Positions 40,669 to 53,105 of a stretch of DNA of 64,000 nucleotides are shown here, piece by piece (position 1 is the first letter of the stretch; each line of letters opens with the position of its first letter). This DNA is from Lama glama (Eukaryota): positions 34,474,001 through 34,538,000 of the forward strand of contig CM052816.1 of assembly GCA_028534125.1 (NCBI GenBank), in the 5' to 3' direction. A program made the position numbers and the translations under genes. The notes beneath the pieces were generated by a model. That model saw only the letters and a list, made by a program, of their open reading frames with translations. It did no database searches and was not told the origin of the DNA.

Positions 40669-41381
40669 AGCAGGCTACACTGTTCCTCCTGAAAATGACT
40701 GCTAAGCTCTGGTTTCATATCACAACGGACACCAAACACCGAAGAGAAAATCTTGAGCTCTGAAAAAGGGGGCGGGGTGTGGGTGGGCAAAGAACAGTGA
40801 GAATGGCTTGGGGTCCGTAGACCTGGGTCCAGGCAAAGGTAGCAGTGAAGTGTGTCTACACCCCAGACCCGCTCTCCCAGAGAGTACTTTCTCCCACTTC
40901 CCCATCTGCTGGCTACACGGTCTCAGGAGCCCAGACGCCCACTGCCCCCGTGCAAGTGCCCACAGCTAACGACAAGGAGAAACACCCCAAACCTGTACTT
41001 CTTAAAAAGCAAGTGACTGACAGTCCCTTATACTGACCAAGGTTCTTATTCTTAATCTTTTAAAATTCTAATTATTTCCTGACCTTTAAATACCTTATAC
41101 AGACACCATTCACTGAAGAAATGCACACACGCATAAGATTTTTTTCATATACCTTCCAAGGCCTCCCAGCTTAACACCTTTCTGTTCCTAGAAATAGGCA
41201 AACATGCAACTGTTTTCCCATAAAAATCTCCCTAGAAACTACACAATAACAATCCTACTTATCTTCAGTGACCAGATACTGGAATTTATATTTGCAAGGG
41301 GAAAATTTTTTAAATGATGTTTTCTGGAAGCTTCCAGTTGATTAAGTAGCAAATACACTCTCATTGAAGAAGAAAAAAGAA

Positions 41382-41728
41382 TCAACACCGAGGAACGGAA
41401 AGCTCTTTCATCTCAGCAATAAAAGTTAGGATTGTACTTGAATACAGTAGTGCGTAAATGCTACCTGAACCCCCTAACACATGGAAGTTTATTTCACCAT
41501 CTTTCCCTACATTTAGGAGAAACAACTTAAAATTCATAGACAAAAATATTATGAATCGATCATCCCACGGAGAGTCATTTGCCCAAGGACAAGATTCAAA
41601 AGGAAAGTGAACACATGCACTGCACGGGTGACTGAATCCAGGGTCAAGATGCCCTTCATGGAACAGCAAGGTGGTAGCAGCATCTACCTGCTGTTGTCAA
41701 CTAAGTATTTGATTTCTGAAATACCTTA
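41382..41728 (-). pseudogene. Nested GT49 (B4GAT1/LARGE-like) pseudogene, terminal exon
   Basis: Candidate phase-1 acceptor gatttag|TA; the 5' boundary is uncertain (41687-41774). One internal TGA, then 104 open codons: ...VHFPFESCPWANDSPWDDRFIIFLSMNFKLFLLNVGKDGEINFHVLGG...KELSVPRC*. Resembles the GT49 C-terminal pattern (W/F)EP...P.(F/Y)D.RF..(F/Y)G.N....F.VL and the recalled B4GAT1 PRRC* ending. Confidence 0.75.
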
Positions 41729-41984
41729 CTAAATCCAAGAACTACATCGAACACTACCAATAAGAGTTCTTAGTTTAGATGAGAAGTAGGCAATTATTAA
41801 GTAAATATTATATGTTAAAAAACATTACTTTGAGTAGAGAATTATGTTTGCTTATAATACTAATAGGCAAAGCAGTAAGTCAAAAATGAAACTGTATCTC
41901 AAGAGAATATTTTTGCTATTTTTAACTCAAACGTGACTTGGTAGATGGTAGTCAGTTTTTCAGATGTTAATAGAGATAATAACA

Positions 41985-42205
41985 ATGACAATAATACCAA
42001 ACAGCTAGTACTTGATGAGTCTTTAGAACAGTGCCTAGTATACAGTATGTCTTTTACTTGAATTAATTTCTCTTGGCTTCACAGCCAACTTATGAAGTCT
42101 GAAAATCATGCCCATTTTACAGATGTGAGATTGGTTTGTTATCCTGCTCACGTTTCACAGCCATTTAAGTGGTAGAGCCAGGATTCAACCTCAGTCAGTC
42201 TCCGA
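41985..42205 (-). mobile_element. MIR SINE (inside the last intron of the nested pseudogene)
   Basis: cccattttacagatgtgaga...cacagccatttaagtggtagagccaggattcaacctcag. Confidence 0.75.
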
Positions 42206-42366
42206 CACATCTTGGAGGCAGGGAAGGTGGCCCTGCTCTTCTCCGGTGGGCAAGGAACTCAGGGTGTAGGTGCTGGAGGCACCGATGCTCCACCTGCATC
42301 ACTCAGGGTCGCACCCGAGTTCCATCCTCGCAAGGCTCTCCGAACGCTGCTTCAGGGAGCCCTTAC

Positions 42367-42708
42367 CTGTACTCTAGCAAACCGCCTTCGCTCCGAAAGC
42401 CCCGACCAACCACTTACAGCAGCAGGACGGGGGTACAGAGATCTTCTGTGTGGTGACCAAGCTGACGCTAGTTCTCTCGGCTGCTCTGATGACAATACAA
42501 GCAGATCTTTCAGCGACTGCCTACTTTTTATAAGAGGTCGTGGGAAAGGAACTGCTATATAACAGGTCTTCATTTTGTAATACTGGTGATGTTTGGGAAA
42601 ATAGTTTCCTTATCCTATGTCCCAGATATCGGGCAAAGTTGGGTTTTTTTTCTGGAGTTGAGCTTTCTACCCCAAAACTTCCTTTCCCAGTGTTTATCCA
42701 AATGAATG
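42367..42708 (-). pseudogene. Nested GT49-like pseudogene, catalytic-core exon
   Basis: tttctcaag|CA...ACA G|gtaagg; 342 nt, phase 1/1, 2 stops: (A)FIWINTGKGSFGVESSTPEKKPNFARYLGHRIRKLFSQTSPVLQNEDLLYSSSFPTTSYKK*AVAERSACIVIRAAERTSVSLVTTQKISVPPSCCCKWLVGAFGAKAVC*ST. Collinear with recalled B4GAT1 YPNNLLRNLA / ALVIDVDMVPS / TALVVPAFE / EVRPFYYGLC. Confidence 0.72.
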
Positions 42709-44292
42709 CTTGAGAAATGATTTGTGTTTTAACAGACAAGAAAACTAAGTGTCAATTGGATGTAACCCTGGGGATCACCTACTTCAGCTCCTCTCTCCCA
42801 AGACATATAGCCAATAGAACTAACATTTCAAAAAAAATAAAGCTGGTTAGCAACAGAAGGGGGACTAGAACGAGCCCTCTGACTCTCAGTTCACAGATCC
42901 CTTCACAATACTGTGTTCTCTCCAGGCATGACAGTGAGATCTGCCCAAAGCTCAATGGTATGGAAACAAAAGAGTTGGTATCACAAGTGTTATTAGAATT
43001 TACAGCTGCAAATGCAACTCAATACTATAAATTGACGTGTTAACTCCTCAAAAGTACGACTACATATTTCAGGCTTTCCCACACTGAGAAAAGCATTACT
43101 AAAAGCATAAATGAAACCATAATCAAAGTAGAATCCACATGCAATTTAATTAAGTTTTATAAACTGAACATGCTTGGAAAATTTTACAACTATTTCCAGT
43201 GCATAACGGAAAACAGCAAGTTAATAAAAAGGATAAATATTCCTTTCCAACTCTTCTAAAACTTTTGATACTAAAGCAATAAAAAGAAACAGACACAGAA
43301 ATTGTACATAATTTGGCTGACCCCAAGAGTCTTGTCACCAATTAAGCTGCCTTCCCTCTGAGAGTTTTGCCTAAAACAAAAATACCATCTGTTTTACCTA
43401 AAACATTAAGATGTTCTATTTTCTTGTCAGTTCAGAAATCACATCTGTAGCTATTTTCTGAAAAGACAGTGAAAGACATATTTATGGGTGACTGAGTAAG
43501 GAATGATGTTCAATCAAAATGTAATTTTCATCTACTAGAAGGAAATTTCATTTTTCCAATGACTGTAACGCCATAACTTTAGAAGAACACACAGTACATA
43601 AACAGGCTGATTTTCACAAATAAAGAGATCTTAAGAAGTTAGTGCAGCAATATAAGATTGTTTTGTTGCTAAAGACAAAAATGACAAATACGCTTGTATT
43701 CACCTTATATATCTTTGTCAACAAGTGAAATTTATCTTGCATAAGGTTTTCAGGTGAAGAGAAAACAACAACTTTTTATTCGTGCAGCATCTCGTCATGC
43801 TCGTGAGCCATGTAAGAGTTGAAAATATGAAAACAGCAAAGCACAAACCACTCAATTTTCAAAACACTTCAGACACAATATTGGTTCTGGGAAAGACACT
43901 CTAGAATCCAATGAACTGACCAAAGAAAATACAAAACACTAGAAAAAACATCACTCACAGTGAAGGCGAATATGATGTCACAAGGGATAAAGAACACGTT
44001 TCGAAGGAAAACACACAAGACATCCAACTACCTACAGAACTTGGAGTATATCTTAAGTACCTATCAAATAACAAAAATCTAAAACCCAAGTATGTTTTAG
44101 CTTGAAAATTAACCCAATTTCACATTTAACTTTCTTGCCTAAAAAATAAAATAAAGCTACTCTCTAAATAAGGATGAAATAAATAAGTCCAAAGGCTCTA
44201 TTTAAAATTTTTCTTTTACCACAAAGTTGTGAAGTGTTCTGAAGTCCAAGATGGGCTTGAAGCCCTCCCTGACTTTTTCAGGATCAGGATAC

Positions 44293-44479
44293 CTTCACTA
44301 AAATCCTTTTCCTTGTTCCTCTTGTAGTGCACGGTTTATTAATCTGCATTTAGAAGGGAAAAAAATCCGGTTCAGAAGAATGGAAGACTTGAAATAATGC
44401 CACACCACTTCAGTCTGCGCTCTGAACTGCTCTGAGTTAATTAGCTTTGAGTCAGCAATTTCAGAAGACATGATGGACA
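44293..44479 (-). pseudogene. Nested GT49-like pseudogene, internal exon
   Basis: Strong acceptor tcctctctcttcttttcctcccag| and donor GAAG|gtatcc; 187 nt. The phase-1 frame is open ([59 protein letters not shown]). Removing one T from the final TTTT run gives 186 nt, phase 1/1, joining the next exon. Resembles B4GAT1 HCPDMRARVAMHLV...RSCQEVFDKL. Confidence 0.7.
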
Positions 44480-46912
44480 CTGGGAGGAAAAGAAGAGAGA
44501 GGACAGAGGACTAAATGTGCACAAAACTAGAAAAAATAAACTAAGGAATTGATCTCATATAATCATTAATTCTCCCCACCGCAATACAAATCACTTAAAT
44601 AAGTCACTCATATTCCAGATATTTAATTTACTTTAACCCTTTCACACAGTGCATTACATAACTCCAACAATGACAGAAGAGAATCATTTAAAATTTGCAT
44701 TATCTGACAGATAGACCAAAACTTATGCCAGCTCTTCTTTGACACTATTTCACCTCCTTTCCAAAATTTTTGTTAGATTCTACGGTTACACATTTCCAAA
44801 TATTTTAACTGGAAATTATTATAGTCCTTCCTAGACTATAGGTGCTAGTCCCCATAATAACTCTGCCTTCATATTGTAAGGTATCAAAATAACATCATAA
44901 TCCTACATGTAGAGGCACATATTCCTTCTCATCTTCTGCACTTCCCTGATTCCATATGGTCCTTGATGGAGTGTTTGTAAGATATCATAAGCAATGAGCA
45001 AAATCACTTTAATTTCATTAGACAAACAACACAAATAAAATACCCAGCGTAAACTTAATTCACTATGTATAATAATCTGGCAACAATCAACTAGAACCAT
45101 ATAGCTAGTTAAGAAAGTCTGATTTAAAGTATAAACAATAAAAAGGCAATTAAAACATAGACTAACCAGGCAATTTAGCAGGTGTTCACTGAACACATAA
45201 CTACTTTGCCATTGCTTTTAAAGAAATAAAATTTTAAGCCATCATTTAAAATGCAGTCTGTTCAACCACTTTCACAAAGAAAACCTAAGTCTAATAAATC
45301 TAAAATAATTTTGTAACTAGAACAAAAATCACAGCAGATTAATTATAAGGGCCTGGTAAGAACTTGAACTGTTCAAGCTCATATGAAAAAAGAAGAACTT
45401 AGGATACCATGCCCTGAAAGCACTAAGGAGACAAACCCCACATTATAAATGACTTAAAAATCAATATATGATATTGATAGTAGCCTCCTGATAAACATTT
45501 TCTTCAAACTTCTAAACAGCAGTAAAAACGTGTATGTAATAATGTATGATTTTATAATTTAAATTGGTCTATCATAAATTTTACACTGTCTTATAAAGAA
45601 TTATAAAAATGATTATTTCAGGAGGTGCAAGAATGGAATAAGAAATTTTTTTTGAATTGTGATAATGAGGAAGCTTGGAGTATAATCAAGAAGCTAGAAC
45701 ACTCAGTAGAGTCAGGGAAAGTTTTCTGTGAAGGCGAAAAGTCAACACCTAAAAACATCTGTGGTTACGGAATGTGGTACAGAAATGTGGAGAGTCAGCA
45801 CCGCTCAACTTGCAGAGACTTCTTGAGAGACATTCTCCAATAGACTTTTCAAAGGAGTGGGAATGAGGACAGAGAGGATGAGTTCAGGCACTGAGGCATG
45901 CTGGTAATAATCCAACGGCATTTGGAAGAGTCACGGTGGTTTCTGCTGTACTGTGTCTTTATTGGGGAACTTGCTAAATATGTTAAACAATTTCATAATT
46001 CTTCCAAACCACTACTCTATAGCTCTTCAAGATTTTTCAAAACTCATTTGGAGGCAAAACCTAAACTGAACTGACATGAAGCTATATATAATTATTTATT
46101 CCCCTTGAGCTGAATATTGAGAAATTTTAAAATATTTGATGAGTCCGGCCCCACAATCTGAAGTATTAGGTAATATGTCACATATGTGTATTGCATTCGT
46201 TCCTAAAATTTAAAAAATTCTGAAGATTTCATAAAAGATTAAGGACTTGTATTTAGAGGATATACAGCACTCTGAGTCACAGACTACCTACAGAAGATAC
46301 CCTACCTGTGCAGATTCTGAGCAAGAAAAAAACCAAGAAATCAAAGAGGAAAGAAAACATATAGCACAGTGCTACACAGGGCAGGAACGCAAAATAAGTC
46401 TGGCACTGAATGGCTGATCGAACCAAGGAGAAATTATATTTTAACATGGTCTTTAGTAGGTCACTAAGAAACAGAAAATGTTTAAGAATACAGTATTTTC
46501 TTAATATGTGAGAACCCCAAATCCCAAAAGGACATACATCCTCCTATTTTAGGAGATGTTACTCTCTCCCAATTCTTAATTTTGTAATATTCAATTATGT
46601 TTTAGTTCTGAAATAAACGGAAAATCTGTTTCTTTAATAGTTCTAAGTGTTTGATATGGTTTTTCTATGTTTAATATTTGTAATAGTTTCTAATTTTAAT
46701 AATTGTTAAGTGTTTGATATGATTTTTGATACGAAAGTTCGAGGACAAGTTTTTAAGAAGCTTCTAGTACCCAGGATTGATTTATTCAACACAGATCTGT
46801 TTCTACAGTATACAGAACATAACTCCAGTCTGAGCTTAAGGTGTCAGGAAAAAGTAGCCAATGATCAGATTATATGGTAGGTGACCTGAGACTTAGTTAA
46901 TGACTTAATGAG

Positions 46913-47440
46913 AGTAGATGCTGCTAGCTTCTTACCCAATAGCCATTCTTATATTTTACTTTATAGAAAGAAACCCAAGTTTATTAGGGATGACAACAAT
47001 CTTAGCTTAAAAAAAAAAAGCAAAGCAAACAAAAAACCTTGATTCCCCATGCTTGGGGTGGCCATGTGACATAGTTCTGGTCAATGAAATTAACTAGAAT
47101 TCAGTAAGTAGAGCTTCCTGGAAAGTTATTATATCACCAATTAAATAAAAATCAGCAGACTTAACTGGCACAACTTCTGTCCTTTGCTCCCTCTGCATTC
47201 CTGGCTGGAATACAGATGCAATGCCTGGAGAAGCAGGTACAGTCTTGAGACCATGAGGACAATAGCCACAGGCTAAGGATGGCAGAGATGAAAGGTAAAA
47301 GGGGCCTGGTCCTCTAATGACCCCATGAGACCTATCATGAGTTCTGGACTACCTACATCAAAACTTGTACATAAGAAAAATTAACTGCTTTCTTGCAAAT
47401 TTAAGAGGTTTTTGTTATAGGCAGTTGAATGCAATCCGAA
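46913..47440 (+). mobile_element. Old MaLR LTR (MLT1J/K-like)
   Basis: ggccatgtgacatagttctggtcaatgaaat, cttgagaccatgaggacaatagccac...ctaaggatggcagag, gttataggcagttgaatgcaatcc. Confidence 0.75.
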
Positions 47441-48084
47441 GTAAAACACTAAACACACAGAGATAATACTGGGTAACACAGGGAAGCCAACAAGTACCAA
47501 AATTTAATCTAAAAAGAAGAGAACACTGAATGTAAGATGAATCTCCTAAAGTAAAAATTTTCCCATAAAGATTCATCACCATAGACATGCTTTTCCTTAA
47601 AGGGTTGTTTATTTTTAAACAGGTCCTTAACTGCCTATCAAATATTATACATAACTTCTTTCTCATAAGTGTCACCCTCTCCATTTCAATTTTTAGTTAT
47701 CAATTTAGCAAACACCTCCTATGTGCCAAGCACTTCTTCCTTATTTGACTCAATAACAACTTTAATTCAAACAAGTCATCTTCCTATTCTCCATGGGACT
47801 TGGAAGGCAGGTCTTAACTAAAAATGCTAAAACTTCAAAATTTACCAATTCTATGCTGTTTTTATTACAAGAAGAATGCTAATTTGGCATGTTTAAAAAA
47901 ATTTATTAGAACTTTATGAACATAGAATATTTTACCAATTCATTGATGGTTATTGGTGATGAAAATTGAAGTCTTTTAAAATACTTGTTCACACGATAAA
48001 GCCAAGAGACATATCCTAGCCCATAGTTCTCTTCATCTCTATATATGATTATCTCTGCAGGACAGATTTCTTCCAGTGTAATGC

Positions 48085-49250
48085 CCAATTCAAACACTCC
48101 TGGCACGTATTACTAGGTCACTTTACTGAAAGATTGCTAGGTGCCATGTTTGAATGGTGAATGAGTCAGCCCATGCCTTCACGAGGTTTATAGCAAGTCT
48201 CTTCAGAGAAATATTACACATGTGGTAAGTGAGACAATAGTGAGTCAAGACATAGCCCTCTGAGAGCATATAAGACTCAAGGATATCAGGGACAGATTCC
48301 GGAGGATGAAATACCCAAGCTGAGTCCTAATAGACAACCAGGAATTAATCAGGCAAGTTGTGTGTGTGTGTATGTGTGCCTCTGTGTCTTTGGAGGTGAG
48401 GCAGGAGGTTTTTGTTTTGTTTTGTTTTTCAGGCAGCAAAGGTCTACAAGGAGGAGAGAATACAGCAAGTCAAAGAACTGACAGCTGTTGAAGGGCTGGA
48501 GTGCATGGTATTGGCTAGGGTGATGTGTGTAATGCAAGAGAAACTAAAATGCAGACACATAAGCCCTGTTAAAGACTCTGGGAGTTTTTCCTTAGGGCAA
48601 TGCAGAAAAGAAGGGTCTTGAGCAGGGGAGTTACAACATCATTACTCATATTTGTTGCATGCCTCCTAAGTGCTAGATCCCATAATTAAGTTCACATGCA
48701 TAATCTTATTTAATTTCTCCTACAAATGTATGAGGCAGGGACATCTGTCACAGGGTTGTCATAACCATGCAGGGGAAAGAGAGCAGCAGCCTGAAGTAGC
48801 ATAGTGGCACTGAGGAAAGTGGACAAAATTGAGATACATTTAAGAAATAGAATGAAATGACTTGGTTTTTGTTTGGAGAAGAGACAACAATGATCAGGGT
48901 AATCCTATAATTTATTGTCCAAATAAATATCTTTTTGAGAGTGAAAGGGAACACTAATAAAAAACTAGAATGTATGATCACTCTGAAGCTGAGACGCAGC
49001 TTTCTGGCCTGGGAACTGGATAATGAAGCTAAAATTTTACAAAAAGTGCTTGAGACCACAGAACAGGTTCAAGGAGGGTGGAGCTAAATTTTAAACACAT
49101 TGAGATGAAGGCGTGAGTGGGCCTTCCCAGTGGAGCTACCCACATGGCCTGTGGGCATGTGTCAGCTCCGGGGACTTCTCAGCAGGGATGTCCATTTGGA
49201 GAGTCAATAGTACACTGACAATAAATGAAGCCAACAAGAAGGAAATGTCA
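48085..49250 (-). mobile_element. L2 LINE fragments with an inserted MIR (~48640-48745)
   Basis: tttactgaaagattgctaggtgcc...cagcccatgccttcacgaggtttatag...tgagcaggggagttacaacat; MIR core cttatttaatttctcctacaaatgtatgaggcagg. Confidence 0.6.
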
Positions 49251-50666
49251 CTCTCACCAGAAACTTCTATCTTTTAAACCTTCCTGAGGCAAAACAACTA
49301 TTTTTTAAGATTTCCTGTCCACTCCTGTCTCTTTACCTCTTTCAGATGTTAACATAACCTGAACTACAGGTCAACACTACCATCAGTAAACTACCTTTAC
49401 TTCACAAAAGTTCTACCAAAACTAGACGGAAATTTCTATTTCTAGTTTGGCAATCAAATCTGCAAAAACAATTTAGATTTCCACTAGAGCTAATTATTTC
49501 CAACGACTTCTTAATTTTGATTCATTTATCAGTAACGTGAGTCGACTTTATCAAGAACATTTTAAAAACTTCCTTTTAAAAAGAAGAAAAGAGTGCCTGT
49601 GGTATGCTTTGTAAGTGTTTTCATATTTGAAACTGTCTTTTTGTTGCCTTCACGTATGAAAGATAACTTTGAGCATAAAATGATTTCAAAACTCCATAGT
49701 CTTCTCGTTACAGGGAAGAAAACCTAAGTCAGTCGAGCTTTTGTTCCACATTACACAGTATCTGTCTTTCTGCCTGGGAACTTTGACCAGATGTCCTTTT
49801 CTTTTTAATTGAACTAAGTTACCAAGATGTACTAGAGGTGACTCTTTTCATTTATATTACCGACAACTTAGCCCCTTTCATCTATAAAGCAAGGCCTTCT
49901 CAGCTCAGAAAACTTTCCATTGTATCTTTGATCATTGCTTCTGCTCCATTTTTTGACTAAAGAAAATCTGTAATTCTTTTGTTGAAATCTTATCCTCTAT
50001 ACCTATCATCTTCTTTCTCATTGTTTCCACTCATCTCTCTTTTCTCTGCATTCTTGAAAAGCATCTCCCTTTTTTCATGTCGCTGATAACACTCTTTCAT
50101 AATGGCAGCTCCACTCTTCAGTATCACGAATGGATGCTGTTATTGTCCCCTAATAATCTTTCCTTATTTCACACCTCCCCCTTTCCACAGCATCTTGCCA
50201 TCTTTTCATTACAACTTTCCACTTTGGTTTCATATTTCTTAGAGATCATGACTCAAACGTTTTGAGAATTCCAGAGAGTTAAAAAAATTTTTTTTCTGGT
50301 CTCTGTAATAATTTATTTTAAGAAATGAGTTGTTTCTCTTAGTCTTCTCAAAGCCTGGGGGTTGGGGGTGGAAGTGGGGCTAGACGTTATAGAAAGGCAA
50401 AGGAATCAGTTTCCATACCCGCTTTTAGAGACCTGTATATTGTTTTTATTTCTAATTGTTTCTCATTGGTCAGTGAATAATTAACTGCAGTTTTTAGTCT
50501 AGTTCGATCAGCTTTGCAGTTTGTGGGTACCTTCGACTGCATCTTAGGTTTTGATGCTCCTCTCATTGTTCATCATCTTCTGTTTTCATGAGTTTTAATA
50601 AGAAATAGAAAGAGTCAGTCTCTGGGTTCCTAGTCAGCCAGCATATAAAATCACAATGTCAACATT

Positions 50667-50812
50667 AAAAAAATATTATAAATATATATATAATAAATAT
50701 ATAAAAATATGAAATATATTATACATATATAAAATGTAAATATATTATAAATGTAAATATTAATATATATAGATATATATAAATTTAAATGTATATAAAT
50801 ATTATATATATG
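50667..50812. repeat. AT-rich low-complexity / degenerate (TA)n tract
   Basis: About 145 bp, almost entirely A/T with TA reiterations. Confidence 0.9.
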
Positions 50813-52211
50813 TAATAGGTGTTATTTCATCTAAGTCAATGTGGGGTTGAAATTTCAGGAATTAATACTCATCACTCCTGACATAATAAAATAAATAGAA
50901 ATATTAAGGGTGGGGAGAGCAGTGTGGGAAAAGTGGAGCCTTTCCTCCTATTCTCTCTCCCAAAGACCTTTATATTTCCCTGAAGAAAAACAGGCAAAAA
51001 ACAAGCCTGTGAATGACTAACTTAGACCAGCAAACTCCAGATAAGATTATTTTATGTTGCCAGCCAGACATGACTGTTTCAAAACTAGTTCCAACCACTA
51101 GGCAAAGATCTTCTAACATAAAATTGACTAATGTATCATGTGGAAGCTATCTCCTATTCCCTAAGAAATTTTTGATTGTTTAAATAATGTCCTATATACC
51201 ACTCAGTCTTTTGGGTAAAACACTCTCCCTAAAAATATCCCAGATTACAAATAGGCTGACATGTTTTCTGGATAATCAGAGAACTATTCACTCCATAGGT
51301 TGAAAAAGTCAAAGTTAACAAAACACAATTCACTGGGAATGTAGATGAAAATACACAAACACCTCTAACAAGCAATTAATACTTAAGTAGAAAAGCATCT
51401 CAGAGGAGAGTTTAGGAACTTATCTTTCAAGTCCAGTAATAAGCATTAGTCCATAAATGGACTATACTATTAACACTCAGATAGACCTAGACTAGAATAG
51501 CTCAGTTATTTTTAGGAGTCTCTAGTACTGTCAGTTAAGAACTCTCCCATTAAAAGAGAAGTTATAAACTAGCTTTCAAAGGAAGAAACATTTGGGCTGC
51601 TCTCCAAATAACAGAACCTTTGGAAGGTTCAGTATCAAATCCTAATCAAATCATGTTTCTTTTATCAGCTTGAATATCCTTTGGATAATTTTAAAATGCA
51701 GCCCACTATTTTCAAGAAAGAAAACCCTCAATCTTCTTGCTTATATATATTTATTTTTTTGCTAACTATTGTGAAGACATTTCTATACTAGTTTTCTAGT
51801 CCATGACAAGACTTGAGCTTAAACCATTATAATCCATGAGCAACAAACACAGTTCTTACACTAATTGTCACTGCTAACACTTTTCCACCTCCCCCAAAGA
51901 AAAACAGTCAATATTCCAAACAATAAAAATCAGGCTGTAAACTTGGTTTCTTCACTTAAAACTTATGTTTAAACAACTGGTAAAGCTGTTACATCCTTTC
52001 TTAGATACATTATGACTTGGTATAAAAACAGGCTGATGACATAGTAACCAACAAGAAAATGATCTAAAGCCTTGAATCCTATTACATTAGTAGATAATTA
52101 CTACCAGAACAACTGTTTCTCATAACAATATTAAAAATACAAAATGTAGAATAAGGGGAATACTCCATGTTAACAACAAAAAAGTCTTAGGATCTGACAA
52201 GATCAACTCAC

Positions 52212-52494
52212 TCAGGTATTTGGGAATATCTTTCGAACTCACTCATTCTGAAGATCCCCCAAGAATGAAATCCCAGTAAAGTTAATTCTATGAGAATGCA
52301 ATGATGCTGAGATGCAACCCCAAATTTTTCAAGACTCATGGTATGAAACTATAAAATCTCAAATGAGCAGTTGCCCAAATGCTGAGCAAATTCAAAGCTC
52401 TACTGAATCACTGTTTATTTTTATTTACATTAGTATTTAGTGGATCGAGAATCCTTCTGGAATCCAATTTTCAAATATTAGGTGAAAGAACTAC
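52212..52494 (-). pseudogene. Nested GT49-like pseudogene, internal exon (heavily decayed)
   Basis: ttctccccag|...CTG A|gtgagt (phase-1 end; alternative donor at 52243). Contains LLSIWATAHLRFYSFIP*VLKNLGLHLSIIAFS, resembling B4GAT1 [32 protein letters not shown]. Several stops and at least one frameshift; the 5' part reads FFHLIFENWIPEGF in the phase-2 frame. Confidence 0.6.
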
Positions 52495-52729
52495 CTGGGG
52501 AGAATGTATACCAGGATACCATGTTTTCACATAGAATGTGAATCACATTCTACGCATAGCTGGCGTCTTAAGCTTAATATTCTCTTCAATCAATAATTAA
52601 ATGTATTTCAACAAATCTTTATTGAATTCCTACTATGTTGAATATCATACCACAGGCACAGTGGTAGAAATTAATGAAAGAAATAGTTTCTACCCTCAAG
52701 GAGTTTACAATTTATCGGGATTAACTTCA

Positions 52730-53105
52730 AATAATTATGCTGGCAGAAGTAAGCCAACATTAATTCTCAGCCATATAACTGAGCCATGTTGGACCTGATT
52801 CAGATGGAAAATTGGGGCTAGTATCACAGTGGGATAAGACTTTGGGTATCTTGGGAGGAGGGTGAGTTTATTTCCCTTTGCACATGAAAGGCATGTTAAT
52901 TGTGGTGGCCAGTGGTGAACTGTGGGTAGGCAGTCTCCAAAGGTGTCTGCCTTTGCTTCCTGCATATGCTCCTCACATCAATAATTCCCCTCCCTTATAT
53001 CCTGGCTGACCTTAGTGACTTGCTTGACTAACAGAATGTACTGGAAATGACCTTCTAGGACATCCAAGTCTGGGTCCTAAGAAGCCTTGCCATTTCCTGC
53101 TTTGA
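52730..53105 (+). mobile_element. MaLR internal end plus 5' part of an MLT1 LTR
   Basis: tgtgggtaggcagtctccaaagg...ctgaccttagtgacttgcttgactaacagaatgt...tgggtcctaagaagccttgcc. Confidence 0.6.

Noticed and set aside
42352..42573. ORF MKTCYIAVPFPRP... (minus strand) as the coding frame of the 342-nt pseudo-exon
   Set aside because: The phase-1 frame has fewer stops over the whole block and matches GT49 motifs in order, so this ORF is probably a shadow frame. Local frameshifts cannot be excluded.
46633..46727. Imperfect ~30-bp direct repeat (taagtgtttgatatg)
   Set aside because: A short AT-rich local duplication with no sign of function.
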